Below, piece after piece: positions 33,913-46,473 of a stretch of 64,000 bases of DNA. The stretch comes from Amphiscolops sp. MND2022 (Eukaryota), in contig OZ076416.1 of NCBI GenBank assembly GCA_964187785.1, positions 48,670,001 through 48,734,000 of the forward strand. The letters are read 5' to 3'. A program made the position numbers and the translations under genes. Numbering within the stretch: the stretch's first letter is position 1; each line of letters starts with the position of its first letter. Below the pieces are notes generated by a model. That model searched no databases. It was not told the origin of the DNA and saw nothing but the letters and a program-made list of their open reading frames with translations.

Positions 33913-34140
33913 AGCCACGGCGGCTATTCGCAAGTCCGGAAATAAATTGGTGTTGCACAAGTCCGAAAAAAAATTGGTTGCACAAGTCCAAAAAGAATTT
34001 GGGTTGCACAAGTCCGAACAATTGCTGCATTTTTGTTGTATGGCTCGGTCGCTTCGCTCCCTTTGCCACGTAGCAACATTGAGATATGGCCATATGGCAC
34101 GTCGCTCTGCTTCGCTTTGCTGCTGCATTTAGAGCACTAG
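33913..34140. repeat. TE end with three TTGCACAAGTCC units plus a GGGCACTAG-type module
   Basis: Units at 33953, 33978 and 34004; 34026-34140 closely matches 29545-29657. Confidence 0.65.
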
Positions 34141-34339
34141 GAGTATTTGAACATAGCTGACTAGGGGAAATTGAAAATTTCATCTTTAAAATCTTTGAAC
34201 GGACTTCGTTCCGGTTCGCCCGCGTCAGCCAATCAAATTGCAGAGAATTATACAGTGCTAAATATTTCTTATGCTGGATTTCTGAAATCCTATTGGACGA
34301 TGAAAGTTTAATTTGACTTTTCTTCGGACTTGTAATTAG

Positions 34340-36430
34340 CCACGACAAATGTTTTCCCTGGACACATTCATGTCTGTTTTGTTTGCTATAAGATATTGCA
34401 AATTTACGTATTTGCAATATCTTATAGCAAACAAAACTAACCTCTTCTGCGCTTCTCATTACAATCTTCATATCGTCAAAAAAGACTTGAGGGTATGCAA
34501 GCAGCTGATCGAAAAAATTTCTAACGAATATCCTAAAAACAAAATCAATCAAACAACATCAAATTTCCCGAAAACTTTCAAGTTGACGTCATCAAACTGC
34601 TACCTCGGAACCCGAATTGCTGTCTTTCCTGCTTCTCAAAGAAATAAGATTTTGTTTTTCAAAGGCATAACAAGCAAAACTTCACGAAACGTTTTTCACA
34701 GGAGAGCAACTAAATGGTACGAAATTTACGTTTTTCACGAAAGAACGTTCAGCAACGAAAAAAAAAGGTTGTCCAGGAGACTTTTGTGAAAAAATAAACG
34801 AAGTTTCTCAGTAAGTAATGCTCAAATGGCCGCTGAAACTGACAGAATTTCATGCATTTTATGCATTTTTGTAAAAGTTTAATAAACTTCATGGATCAGA
34901 ACGTTCAAAACAATCGACAACGAATCGATTCGTTGTGCAATAGGGTTGTTCCGGGAGTAAAATGCAGTTTTGTACAAAAAAAGTCACAAAAATTCCAAAG
35001 TTGTCAAAAAAGTCTGATTTTCAGGCAATTTAACTTTCAACGCAATTTTGGTGAAATTTTCAACGTTTTCATTATTACTTCTCTAAAATGTTTTCCGGAT
35101 GCTTTCTGAAGTGGAAAATACAGTTTTTTGATGGAAAATGTATTTTAATTTGCAACCAAAACTGTCGAAAACACCGAAAGTTTCCCGTTCATGTATCTTC
35201 TTCATGTTACTTGAGTACAATTTTTGAAATCTTTTGTTCGTTAGAAGATTCAAAACAATCAGGTGCGAACGCATTAGGTGTGCAGTGTCCTTCATTAGGA
35301 GAAAATTACAGTTTTTTACAACAGAAACGTATGTAGTGAGTCGGGAAACAGCGATTTTTTTACAAGTTTCGAGGAAAGTCTGCGATTTACTCGAAATATT
35401 TCGAGTGTTAGAATAACAGAATAGTTCAACAACAGGATCAGTTGATATCCGGTTGGCTTTTATGGAAGATGTTTACTGATCTGTATTTGAAAAATGTCTC
35501 AATATGAAACGGAAAAAACAGAACGTATAAAAATTTTTACCTGTTTGACGCTTCTGAAAAATGTTTGCGCAACGTACTAAGAATAAGGTGGTCTCAAGGC
35601 TCCAGGCGATTCATCAAGTTATGCAGTACGCCTTGTGAAAAGAAACTTTGTTGCTTTTTAGATAGAACATTATCTCAGAATGACCTGAAAAAGTTGAATA
35701 CAAAACTTTTTTCGAAAACTGAGTTTTGTAAACGCAGTTTCTTCGTGAAACAAAAGCTGAAATTGCGATTGAAAACAATAAAAATATTCCAAAGTTTACC
35801 AATTGTTCATTTTTAAGGAAATCCTTGTTGCTTCGTAAAAAGAACATTATCTCAAAATGACCTAAAGGAGTTGAAAACAAAACTTTTCCGAAAAAGGTTG
35901 TGTAAACGCAGTTTCTTAGTGAAACAAAAGCTCACATTTGAACTTGTAAATTAAAATTTTGAAACGCTTCGATAATCTTTGATTATCATGTCAAGTAGAT
36001 TTTTTCAAAAAGTAAATGCAAAGTATTATGCGAGTTGTGCCTCAATTCCACCCCAAATTAACAAAGTTCTAAATCATTCTAGTTTGTCGTTTTTCCTGCA
36101 ATTTGTGTACAGTTTTTGAAAGTTTTTGTAGCTAGAAGGTTCCAAACACTCACAAACGAACACACTGATTTTGCAGTATGCTTTTTGGAAGAGAGCGTTC
36201 CACCGTTTCTTCAAAAACCACTTCACATGTTACACTGATTAGTCGGAAATGGAAAAATAAAAAAATCACGGTTTCTTTTGTGGAGTTTTGATCTCTTCGA
36301 TATGTTCCTATCGTTGGAAGAAAGACAGCGTTCGACCGCGAACAAATGCGTTATTGAGTATGCTATGTGATTGTCAAATTCGGTTTCACGTTCGAAAAAA
36401 GCCTCAAAATGACTCCAAAACGACTTTATG
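34340..36430 (+). repeat. About 2.1-kb non-coding AT-rich repeat, copy A
   Basis: Collinear with 38900-41060 (e.g. 34430 vs 38983, 36230 vs 40850), roughly 75-80% identical by eye; internal ~180-bp tandem duplication near 35600-35940. Confidence 0.75.
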
Positions 36431-38678
36431 GTCGTTTGCATACCGAGCAGTTTTCCACATAAAAAGCCGGTGCTTTCACTCTGCTCATGGCATGACACCG
36501 TTCGAGAAGTTTTTTGACAAGACACCTGATTTGTCCCCTTTTCGAGTTTTTGGATGTCAAGCATTCATGTACTTAGAGAAACCAAAGCGAAAAAAACTTG
36601 AAAGTAGAGCTTTGGAAGGTTTTTTACTCGGCTATAGCAACAATTCTAAGTCATATCTGATCGGATTTTTCGAGGGCGCAGAGCTTTTTACGAAAAGTAG
36701 CCGAAATGTAAAATTCAATGAGACTAGTTTTCCAGGAAAAACACTTTTCGCAAACAACGAAAGTGGCAGTGAAATTTTCTTCGAACTCAACGAAAGGGGG
36801 AGTGAAGTAGAGTTGCAAAACACGGAATCTGTCGCTGATACACACAACTTGATAAAAGATGTGAGTGAGTTGCCAAACGGTGATTTAGGCTGTGATCCAG
36901 AAGTTTTGGTTAACGAAATTTCCGACGAGAGTATAACACAAAATCAACCGCATAGTTCGACTGTGCATACTACGACTAGATACGGACGAAAAGTCAAGCC
37001 GCCCAACAGATACGCCCCAGGTACAAGCAGCAACTTGTCGTACAATTTAGGTTCGTCTGAGTTCGATGGAATTGAAACGTTTGCATACCATAGCGATTAT
37101 GTTGATCAAGAGTTACCGAAAAGCATTGAAGAAGCACTTTTTTCTCCAGAGTGGTATCGTGCGATGAAAGCGGAATACGACTCTTTACAGAAAAATGAAG
37201 TTTGGGACATTGTTGAAATGCCAGAAGGAAAAAACCTCGTTACAGGTAAATGGCATTTTGAACTTAAGCGAAACAGTAAAGGAGAAATTATTAGGCACAA
37301 AGCAAGATACGTGGCTAGAGGATTTAAACAAAAACGAGGTGTTGACTACGATCAAACATGTAGTCCGACTGTCAAAATGGTAACACTTTGAGTTTTACTG
37401 AGTTCGGCAGTTCAAAACGAAATGAAGTTGAAACAGTTAGACATAAAAACCGCTTACTTGAACGCAGGTATAGAAGACGAAGTTTTTGTTGATCAACCAC
37501 CAGGATTTGTTAAGAAAAAAGCCAACGGCAAAAGCTATGTTTGTAGATTGAAAAAATCACTTTATGGATTGAAGCAGTCCGGTCGCAAATGGTTCAATAC
37601 ACTTAGAGATTTTTTGCTCAGCATTCAGTTCAAGCCGAGCAAAAGTGATCCTTGTTTGTTTTTGAGGGAACGAAACGGTCATAAGGATTTTGTAGCAAGT
37701 TGGGTAGACGATTTAGTCTACTGTAGCGACGATAATAATTTTTACGAAAAACTTGAGAAAGCACTGAGCACAAAGTTCTTGATCAGTGAAGTTGATGACT
37801 TGAACTGGTTCTTGGGAATGCAAATCAGGCATGAAAAAGGTAGACTAGAATTTTCCCAAGAAAACTACATCGAAAATTTACTTGAAAACTTTGGAATGAA
37901 AGATGCCAAAGGACTTTTTACGCCTGTTGCTGAAAAGCAACAAATCAGTAGGTCGGACTGTCCTGACGAAGGCAGCCAAGAACAAAAGGAGATGAAAAAT
38001 TGTAACTTTCGTGGAATGATTGGTTGTCTGAATTACTTAGCGAACACAACAAAACCTGATCTAACTTTCGCCGTCAGAGCTTTAAGTCGATACGTTCAAA
38101 ATCCAGGCCGTAAACATTGGTTACAAGGAAAACACATTTTGAGGTATTTAAATGCAACAAAGTGTAGGAAACTGACGTATAGAAAAGCCAAATCACTCGC
38201 GCTCACAGGTTTCAGTGATGCCGACTGGGCAGGAAAGTTAGATGATAGGAGGTCCACCAGTGGTTTTTGCTTCTTTTTGAACTCAGAATCAGGAGCTATT
38301 AGTTGGAGTTCTAAGTTACAGACAACGGTGGCGACCTCGACAGCTGAGGCAGAAACAATGTCGTTATTCGGAGCATCTCAAGAACTTGAGTTTCTGCGGG
38401 GCCTAGCGAACGAGATCGGAATTGACACTGAAAAGCCTACTAAGGTACATGTAGACAATCAGGCTTGTATCGCCATAACTAAAAATACAGTGAATTCTCA
38501 GAAAATGAAGCATTTTGCAATTGAGTTGAGCTTCATACAAGAAAAAATAGAAATGCGACATTTGGATGTTGAGTTATGTCCAACCAGTGAAATGATTGCC
38601 GACTTGCTAACTAAACCGTTGGCAAAAGTTAAGGTTGAAATGTTCAGCAAAAGACTCTCCGGAGAATGTAACTTGTAA
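36425..38678 (+). pseudogene. copia pol fragment (IN C-terminus, RT, RNase H), one nonsense codon
   Basis: ORFs 36288-37391 and 37422-38678 are in the same frame, separated by a single TGA. Confidence 0.88.
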
Positions 38679-38893
38679 TCGAGCCCTGAAAAGGGGGAGT
38701 TTTAAAATATAAGAAGTCATAGCATGTTTCGAAGCTAGAAACAAGATTTTTGTTATGTATGAACAACATCTCCAGTTAAAACAAGTCACGCTTTTTGTAT
38801 TTCAGCGGGAGATAATCATTAACTTCTGATGTTTGTTTTGAAAATCACATTTCTGTTAACTTCTCTGAATAGAGTTGAATTGAAACTAACAAC
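36425..38893 (+). mobile_element. Ty1/copia LTR retrotransposon, 5'-truncated (integrase C-terminus, RT, RNase H, PPT, probable 3' LTR)
   Basis: TPFE..PDLS.FRVFGC; HKARYVARGF; LKQLDIKTAYLN; LKKSLYGLKQSG; WVDDL; FSDADWAG..RRSTSG; STAEAE; VDNQAC; IADLLTK. One in-frame stop (37389-37391); polypurine tract aaaagggggag at about 38690-38700. Confidence 0.93.
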
Positions 38894-38899
38894 TCTTCG

Positions 38900-41100
38900 T
38901 CTCACTCAGCCTCAAAAGTCAAGATATCTTGAAAGGATTTTTCGTGAAACTTGTGAATGAAGTAGACGATTGCAATTACCGAACAAAAGTAACCTCTTCT
39001 GCGCTTTTCATTTCAACCTTCATGTCGTCAACAAAGACTTGAGGGAATTCGAGCAGCTGATCGAAATATCTCTAACGAATATTCAAAAAACAAGATCAAC
39101 CATATAACATCGAAACTTTCGAAAACTTCTAAGTTGACGTCATCAAAGTGCTATCTATATCGGAACCCGAATTGCGGTCTTTTCTTGCTTCTCAAAAATA
39201 GAAGATTTGTTGTTTAAGGGCATAACAAGCATAACTTCTGCACGAAACGTGTTTCACCGGAGAGCAACTATATGGTACAATTTTTACGTTTTTCGATGAA
39301 AGAACGTTCAACGAGGAGAAAAATGTTTTTCCAGGAGACTTTTATAAAAAAATTAACGCAGCTTCTCAGTGAAAAAAGCTCAAATGGCAGCTAAAACTGA
39401 CAAAAACTCCAAAATAGACCAATTTTTCACCTTTTTGTGCATTTTAAAAAAAAGTTCAACAGATTTCATGGATCAGAACGTTCATTCAAAACGTTCGACG
39501 GCAAATCAATTCGTTATCCAAGTGGGTTGTTCTGGGAGTAATATGCAGCTTTGTACAAAAAAAGTCACAATGACTCGAAAATTGTCAAAAAAACGGATTT
39601 TTAAACAATATAACTTCTAAAGCAATATACGTGAAATTTTCAACGTATTCATAAGTGAATACTCTGAATTTATTCGAAACTAATTCGATTTTTTGTCCAG
39701 AAGACTTTTTAAAATGATAAATACATTTTTTTCAATGAAACTATTCTTTGATTTGACATCAATATTGTCGGAAAATCCAAAGATATGTTACTTTAGTACA
39801 GTTTTGGAAAAGTCTTGTGCGTTAGAAGGTTCCAAACAATCAGAGGCGAACGAATTAGATGTGCAATATCTTTTTTGAGAAAAAAGTTTCAGCGTTTCAC
39901 ATCAGAAACACTTCAAAACGACCCAGTGTGTCAAAAAACAGGAAATTTTGAAGTTTGACAAGTTTTGAGCAAAGTCTGCAAGTTTTTCGAAACGTTTGGA
40001 GTGTCAGAATAACAGAAGAATAGATCAACAACAAAAGCAGTCAATATCCGGTTAGCTTTTGTTGGAGGATTTTACTGATCTGTGTTTGGAAAATGCCTCA
40101 AAATGAAACCAAAAAAAAATAGATAAACGAAAAAGTATATAAAACATCAAAAATTATTCCTTATTGACATTTCTAGTGAATGTTTGCGAAACGTTTTTTA
40201 AATTAGATGATCTTAACGCTCCAGGCGAATCATCAAGCTATGCAGTACGCCTTGTGAATGAAAACTTTGTTGCTTTTAAGAACATTATCTCAGAATGACC
40301 TAAAGAAGTCGAACACAAAGTTTTTTTTCCGAAAAATGAGTTTTGTAAACGCAGTTTCTTCGTGAAACAAAAGCTCAAGTTGTGATTGAAAACAATAAAA
40401 AAACTTCAAAAATTTACCACTTGTTCACTTTCAAAGAAACCTTTGTCGCTTTGTAGATAAAACATTGTCTCAAAATGACCAAAGGAGTTGAAAACAAAAC
40501 TTTTTCGAAAAAGAGTTTTGTAAACCCAGTTTTTTAGTGGAACAAAAGCTCACATTCGAACTTGCAAGGTAAAAATTTGAAACGTTTCGTTAATCTTTGA
40601 TAATCATGTCCAGTAGGTTTTTTCAAAAAGTAAATGCAAGGTATTATACGAGTTATGCCTCAATTTCACCCCAAGTTAACAAAATTCTAAATTATTCTAG
40701 TTTGTCGTTTTTACGGCAATTTGTGTACAGATTTTTTAAGTTTTTGTGGCTAGAAAATTCGAAACACTCACAAAAGAACACACTGACTATGCAGTATGCT
40801 TTTTGAAAGAAAGCGTTCCAGCGTTTCCTTCAAAATTCACTTCACAAGTTACCCTGATCAGTCGGAAATGAAAAAAAAAACAAATTCACCGTTTCTTATC
40901 TAGAGTTTTGGTCTTCTCGAGACGTTTCTATCGTTGGAAGATTGACATCGTTAAACAGCGAACAGATGTGTTAATCAGCATGGTTTTGAACGTCCATTGC
41001 AATTTCATGTTAAAAAAGAGCCTAAAAATGAAAAAAAAACAATTTTGGCAGTTGTTTGACAGTTTAAGTAATTTTTATGGAAAATACCAAAACGTCGTGG
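38900..41100 (+). repeat. About 2.1-kb non-coding AT-rich repeat, copy B
   Basis: Direct-repeat counterpart of 34340-36430; related subunits continue to about 41400. Confidence 0.75.
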
Positions 41101-41814
41101 TAAAACTCAAAACTTTTTCAATACGAATGCAGATTTTTGGAAAAAAAAGATTTTAATAATTTTATATAGAAAAGGTCGTCATATTTACTTGAATCAAGGT
41201 GAAAAAACCGAAAGTGACTTGTTCTTGAAAAATTTATATAGTTTTCGGTAAAGCTTTCCAGTAATTTCGTAATTCAACAACGACTAGACCTGATATCCAA
41301 TAGGCGTTTGAGATAAGACGTCTGCAGTATATTAGAAATGTGCATCAAATGATCGCAAACTTGTCGAAAAATCAAAGTTTTCCAAATTTCGACGTTTTTA
41401 CTGACTTCGTGCAAATCATTTTAAAAAGGTTTGGTTAAGTTTTGGTATCCACACAGGCCGACGAAAAAAGACATAGGTGTTCCAGAGTGTTCTTGAAGTG
41501 TTCCCTTCCGAAATGGGATGACATTATCAAAAAGTGTCAAAACTTCATTTTTCATCAAGCTTCTTTTCGTTTTCTTAGTGCAATGGCTATCCTTGAGACT
41601 TGAAAATATGTCATTGTTAAAACAGTTCGGACTGAAAATATCATGCTGGTCAGCGGTCGTCTTGTTTTCTTTCTAACTCAGAAGTCCAGTCATTCATCGT
41701 TGTAACGTTGTGGCGCGACCAGGAATAACAAGTTGGCGCTATATCTAAGGCTCAATATGCTCAATGTTTTTAAACGTGTAAAAATGGGGACCTCTCAGGC
41801 TTTCTGAAAAACTA

Positions 41815-43408
41815 AACTCCGCCAATCTCGTATGTGAAAAACATGTTTTTATACTATATCTTTTCCAGTTTTCAACTTTCAAATAAGTTTGTAAGGAAAA
41901 AAACAAAGCTTAATTCAAGTTCTCGAGAAAAATCAGGTTCAGAAAGTGTTCACACTTCCGGTTTTGTTCATTTCTGTTTCCGTTTTGAACTAAATATTGG
42001 CAATCTTGTATGTAAAAAAATGGTCCCATTTTTTGACGATGACACTTCGTTTTTCGACTTCGTTTTTAAATCTAATAACGACTGGATTTATTCGATTTAT
42101 TACCTTTTAATATTACATTCGAAAGAATTTATTTTTATTACTCATTTAATATGCCGAGAAGATGAAAATTATTGACACCTTTTGAAATGGGTAAAATTGC
42201 TGGTCTACAACAGTACGGGAAAAGTGTTTCTGAGTTTGCTGAAGCCCTTGGTCGAAGCTACAATTGTGTTGCAAACTTTATCAAACGAGAGGGACCTTAT
42301 AAACACGGTGGTGGCTATCCAGAGAAGTTAAATGAAAGAGCTAAGCGGCAGATTATTACATCACTAACAGTGAGGGATCCACCCTCTCTGTCGAAACTCA
42401 TTTTTGAGTTGCAACTCGAGGTCTCCATAGAAACTGTGAGAAAATTTATCCAAAATGATGGCTATAAATACATAAACTGATTGAAAGCCCCAGCTCTTAC
42501 AGCGAGTCATGAAAGCAAACGCCTTGATTGGGCCAAACGTACTCTAAAGGATACAACAGGAGGTGAGTTAGATATCAAAAAGATAACTTTTTCAGATGAA
42601 AGACGTTTTTTATTGGATGGACCGGATTGCACGTATTATTGGGCCAAAGATACAACAGAGCGAAAATTTATGGAAAGAAAGTTTTTACAAAAGGTGTCAT
42701 GATTTGGGCTGGAATTGGATATAATGGCTCTACGTCTTTATTCATCTGTGAGCAGTCAGTGGACTCTGAATACTACCAGAAAATATTATCAGACTGCTAC
42801 TTCCCTTACCACCAGTCTGATTACATTTTGATGCAAGATAACGCAACTCCACATGTCTCAGCATCAACGAAACTTTTTTTGGAACGACATGGTAACAGAG
42901 TTTTGAAGTGGCCTGCTTGCTCACCTGACTGCAACCCAATTGAAAACCTATGGGGTTTTATAGTTCGACGAATTTATGAAGGTGGGAAGTGTTACCAGAC
43001 AGTTGAAGAACTTGAAAAAGCCATTCTCGCGGTTTGGGACAACATCAGAATTGAAGAAATTCAGAAACCTGTTTTATCTTTCCCAAAGCGCCTGGTTGAA
43101 GTTATTGCTTCACAAGGAGCTGCTTTGACATCGTATTATGTTAACCATTTGATGAATTTCCTTTTTTGATAGTAAATATTGCAAATTTGAGAATTTTTTT
43201 TCACATACAAGATTGCCAATGTTTTTTTCAGACCGGAAGTTCGAAGGAGTGAACCTTGATGGCCGATGGTACCGGAAATATGATTTAATGAGCAACTACA
43301 GTTGATGATCTGTTCTTCATTTTATTCCTCTTACTTTTTTCTTCAAAATGCGTATTTGAAAAGATAATACTCGGAAACTTGTTTTTCACATACGAGATTG
43401 CCGGAGTT
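41815..43408 (+). mobile_element. Tc1/mariner DD34E (Tc3-like) transposon with IR/DR ends
   Basis: Inverted termini AACTCC(G/C)GCAATCTCGTATGTGAAAAACA flanked by TA; inner repeats TTGGCAATCTTGTATGT at about 41997 and 43205. Confidence 0.88.
42151..43169 (+). pseudogene. Tc3-like transposase, disrupted
   Basis: MPRR*..; FSDE..F.LDGPD; VMIWAG; QDNATPH..WPACSPDCNPIENLW (34 residues between D and E). Stops at 42163 and 42478; frameshift near 42700. Confidence 0.9.
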
Positions 43409-44449
43409 TAGTTTGTTGCCAAATTTCAAATAAATTTTTCAACTTTTCAAATAATATTTTTCGATTTTCTTAAAATTTTTCCAAAAATAAACGAAAAATG
43501 AGAACTTTGGGCAGTCTCATAGTGCCGAAAGACATGAAAGGGGAGCCTTTGGGTTGTTTGGCACTTTAGTTTGCTGCAAAATATTTAAAAAACTTGAAGG
43601 TGGGGCATTTCGAAGGCAAAAAAAATTCGAAAAAAAGTCGAACAGTGCCGAAAAAAACTGAAAGAGGGGATCCTCCAGTCTCGTCCGCTTTCGCAAATGC
43701 TTGAAAAAGTTCTGGCTAAAGCAAGGACTCGAACCCGTGACCGCTGGGTTCCCCGTGAACCGAGTAAAGTCTGTACTAAACATTAGTACATACAGGGTGA
43801 GCTCTTTGGTCTGACGAAACAAAACTAGTCACTGTAATAGTCGGGCTCCTTTCACTAGGAAAGCGCCGATCAAAAACACAAATTAGTGACTAGATAGGAT
43901 TTTGTAGCTATTCAAGTAGTTATATGAGGAACTTTCGATGGTTTTTCAATGCATTCGATATTTTCAATACATACCCCAGAAGGTTTAGAGTGACCGGTCT
44001 ACAGTAGTCAGGGTCAGTTTTAGAATTTGAATTTTATTACAGCAATCTTTTGGTCATCAGGAACTCTGCCTCTGCCCGTGATTTCGGGATGTCCAGATAT
44101 TTGTTTGACTCAGATCTATTTGCTCATCGATAACCTGTGAGTCAAACATCTCACCATCCCTTTTTGAACTGCATTCCAAACACACTAGCTTTCTTCCGAG
44201 AAAGTCCAGCTGAAGAATCTCAGTGGGACCTCAACTTTTTCGTTATCAGTAGTGGATCATGTCTTGTCGCAGTTTGAGGACTCAGAGGTTTTGCTTCAGA
44301 GGTTTTCAATTTCTACCTCAAATTATTCGAAATGTCTCATAATTGTTTTCCGAAATTTATTCTGAATCCAATTGTTGCCTTTGTTCCTCATTTTACATAA
44401 AAGAACTTAACCAACAAGTTTGCGTCCGCATCTATTTACTAGATTTGTT

Positions 44450-45130
44450 TGAGTAAAAACGTTTATTTGATGCTCCGCGTTTTTATTTTAATTTGAATCG
44501 AAGTTTCTTGCATTGATTTTGGGTCATCGTGTTTTAGATCCCGAATGTCATTGTAGAGTATAGTAAAGTTCAACCTGAATTTTGAAGTCAGATATTGAAT
44601 TGAACTTGGATCAGGGATTGGCAATCTTTTCCCCAGTTGTTGCTCGTGTATCACACATTTGGGTTGCTGCGACTAGTCAACGTGGAGAATATTAAAGAAT
44701 GGCTCGTTGTCTTGAGCGACTCTGGTTGGTCCATAAAGGGAGGGAAATTGTCTTTGACCGCTTTTAGAAACTGATGCTTCTACGTTTGCTTCACGTTTGG
44801 TGAAATACATCCTAAATTCATACCATCCGTATGATGTTTGCTTGCCAACGTTGTCATGAACGTGCTCATCATGTTTCTCCTGAATTTCGAGGATAGGTTT
44901 TTGTGTTTGACCACCAGATAATGCTGTCTTAAGGTTGAACTAACTGTTAATATGATCTCATTCATCGGAACTATATTTTCAGCAACATCTTGCTGCTCAT
45001 TGTCACGTCACAGCAGGTTTATAGCAACCTAACTCTCCTTTTTCTGAAGGGTACCTGTTTGTCGTTATCAGTCGAGTTGTTCCATGGGTGGCTCCACGTG
45101 AGTACAAATTTCTTTGACTCCGCCTCAGTT
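44450..45130 (-). mobile_element. Highly decayed retroelement-type (integrase zinc-finger-like) remnant
   Basis: Broken frames read HEHVHDNVGK..Y..RMYF..V...VS, resembling an integrase H2C2 region; many stops. Confidence 0.3.
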
Positions 45131-45195
45131 GGGGCTACAGTGTGCGGCCTCGGCGTAGAAGAAGAGCATTGATTTCACGATGTTTTCCATTGCTT

Positions 45196-45697
45196 TTTAG
45201 TCGGCGCTTTTCGTAGAAAACGCAGACTATAGTACTGGCTTTTTAGGACCAACCAAGTGACAGATTTTATAAGCGTTATAGGCTGTAACATATACCAGAT
45301 ATAACGTTTTTCGGAGAATTTTCAATATTACAAAAAGGTCCCCCTTTGAATTTTTCTGGCGCAAACCCGATTTAAAGCAAACCGGATACAAGGAATTCCG
45401 GATATAACGTTTGTCGTTTATGCTTCCAAAAGCAGAGGGGAGACCATATGTTCCCCCCTTTGGTTTTTCCGGCACTATGCAACTTTTTTTCCCGAGAATA
45501 ACGTTTTCAAAGTTCGGATATAAAGTTGTCAAAGTTCGGATATAACGTTTTCAAAGTTCGGATATAACGTTTTCAAAATTCGGGTGTAACGTTTTCAAAC
45601 TTCGCATACAACGTTTTCATTTCTGATATAACATTGTCGTTTTTTCCCCAAAACTTCACAATTTGTTTAGCCTTAGATATGGCGCGTTCCCGGCTCG
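45196..45697. mobile_element. CAAG-TIR family copy containing a minisatellite
   Basis: tttttagtcggcgcttttcgtagaaaacgca..gtgacagattttataag is the reverse complement of 7310-7400; ends gccttagatatggcgcgttcccggctcg. Confidence 0.75.
45503..45632 (+). repeat. 22-bp minisatellite (GTTTTCAAAGTTCGGATATAAC), about 6 units
   Basis: Head-to-tail units without spacers, decaying to the right. Confidence 0.8.
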
Positions 45698-46473
45698 TTT
45701 CCTGATGATTGCGAACAACACGTCAGATCACTGAAAGTTATTCTCCCAGTGTGCTGATGCTGTGTCCCGTCTTTCTTTATCCTGAGAGGTCGCCTCTCCA
45801 GGAAAACACATGTAGTCCTTTAGTTGCTCTGCTGTTTTTTGGTTGTTCGAATAGAAAAGAAAACATTTTCTCTCCCCTTTAGGTTTTTGTCTCGCGTAAC
45901 GCGTATTTGTTACGTAGCGCGAAAACGCAACAACTCCACCATACAGTTGGTTCAAGCTTCCACTTAATTTAAAGGAAGTAAAACACGATGCGCAGTGATG
46001 CTGTGAGGTTATTGTGCATTCTGCTAAGACGCAAGCCAGAAAAAAATCAAACGTTCAAACTTCAGTTATTGGACAAAACCGAAATACGGAGCATCTCATT
46101 TCAATAATTTCCAAAGATCTAAAATCTAGTTCAAGCACTCATCCAAATAGAAACCCGAGGTGACAATTCGTTGATGATTCAGATATAAGTCTATTTTACC
46201 GTTATATGTTATTCCCAGAAAACGGTTATAACAATTATCAAGATGAAAAAGTACAAAATGGTCAAAAATGACCAGAATTGAAATCCTCACACATCCTAGT
46301 GAAACAAGAAATTTTACGAATTTGATGCCATAGAACGGAAATAATTATTTGAAGCGCGTTTTTCTAATCCTTTTATACGTTACGTAAATGGTAATAGCGA
46401 TGTTGACTTTGAAACAATGCAAGATTCGGCAATGATCAGAGTCACACCCCACACTCTTTCAGGCAAAGCTTAA

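Larger units (their letters stand above)
41729..43890. mobile_element. CAAG-TIR family copy interrupted by the Tc3-like element
   Basis: taa|CAAGTTGGCGCTATATCTAAGGCTCA terminus at 41729; resumes after 43420 with tctcatagtgccgaaa, B box GGTTCGAGTCC (43725-43735, minus) and aaagcgccgatcaaaaa. Confidence 0.6.

Noticed and set aside
34340-41100. 2.1-kb direct repeats as the LTRs of the copia element
   Set aside because: They are far more diverged from each other than the pol gene is decayed, show no TG..CA ends or PBS, and a separate short LTR-like segment follows the PPT.
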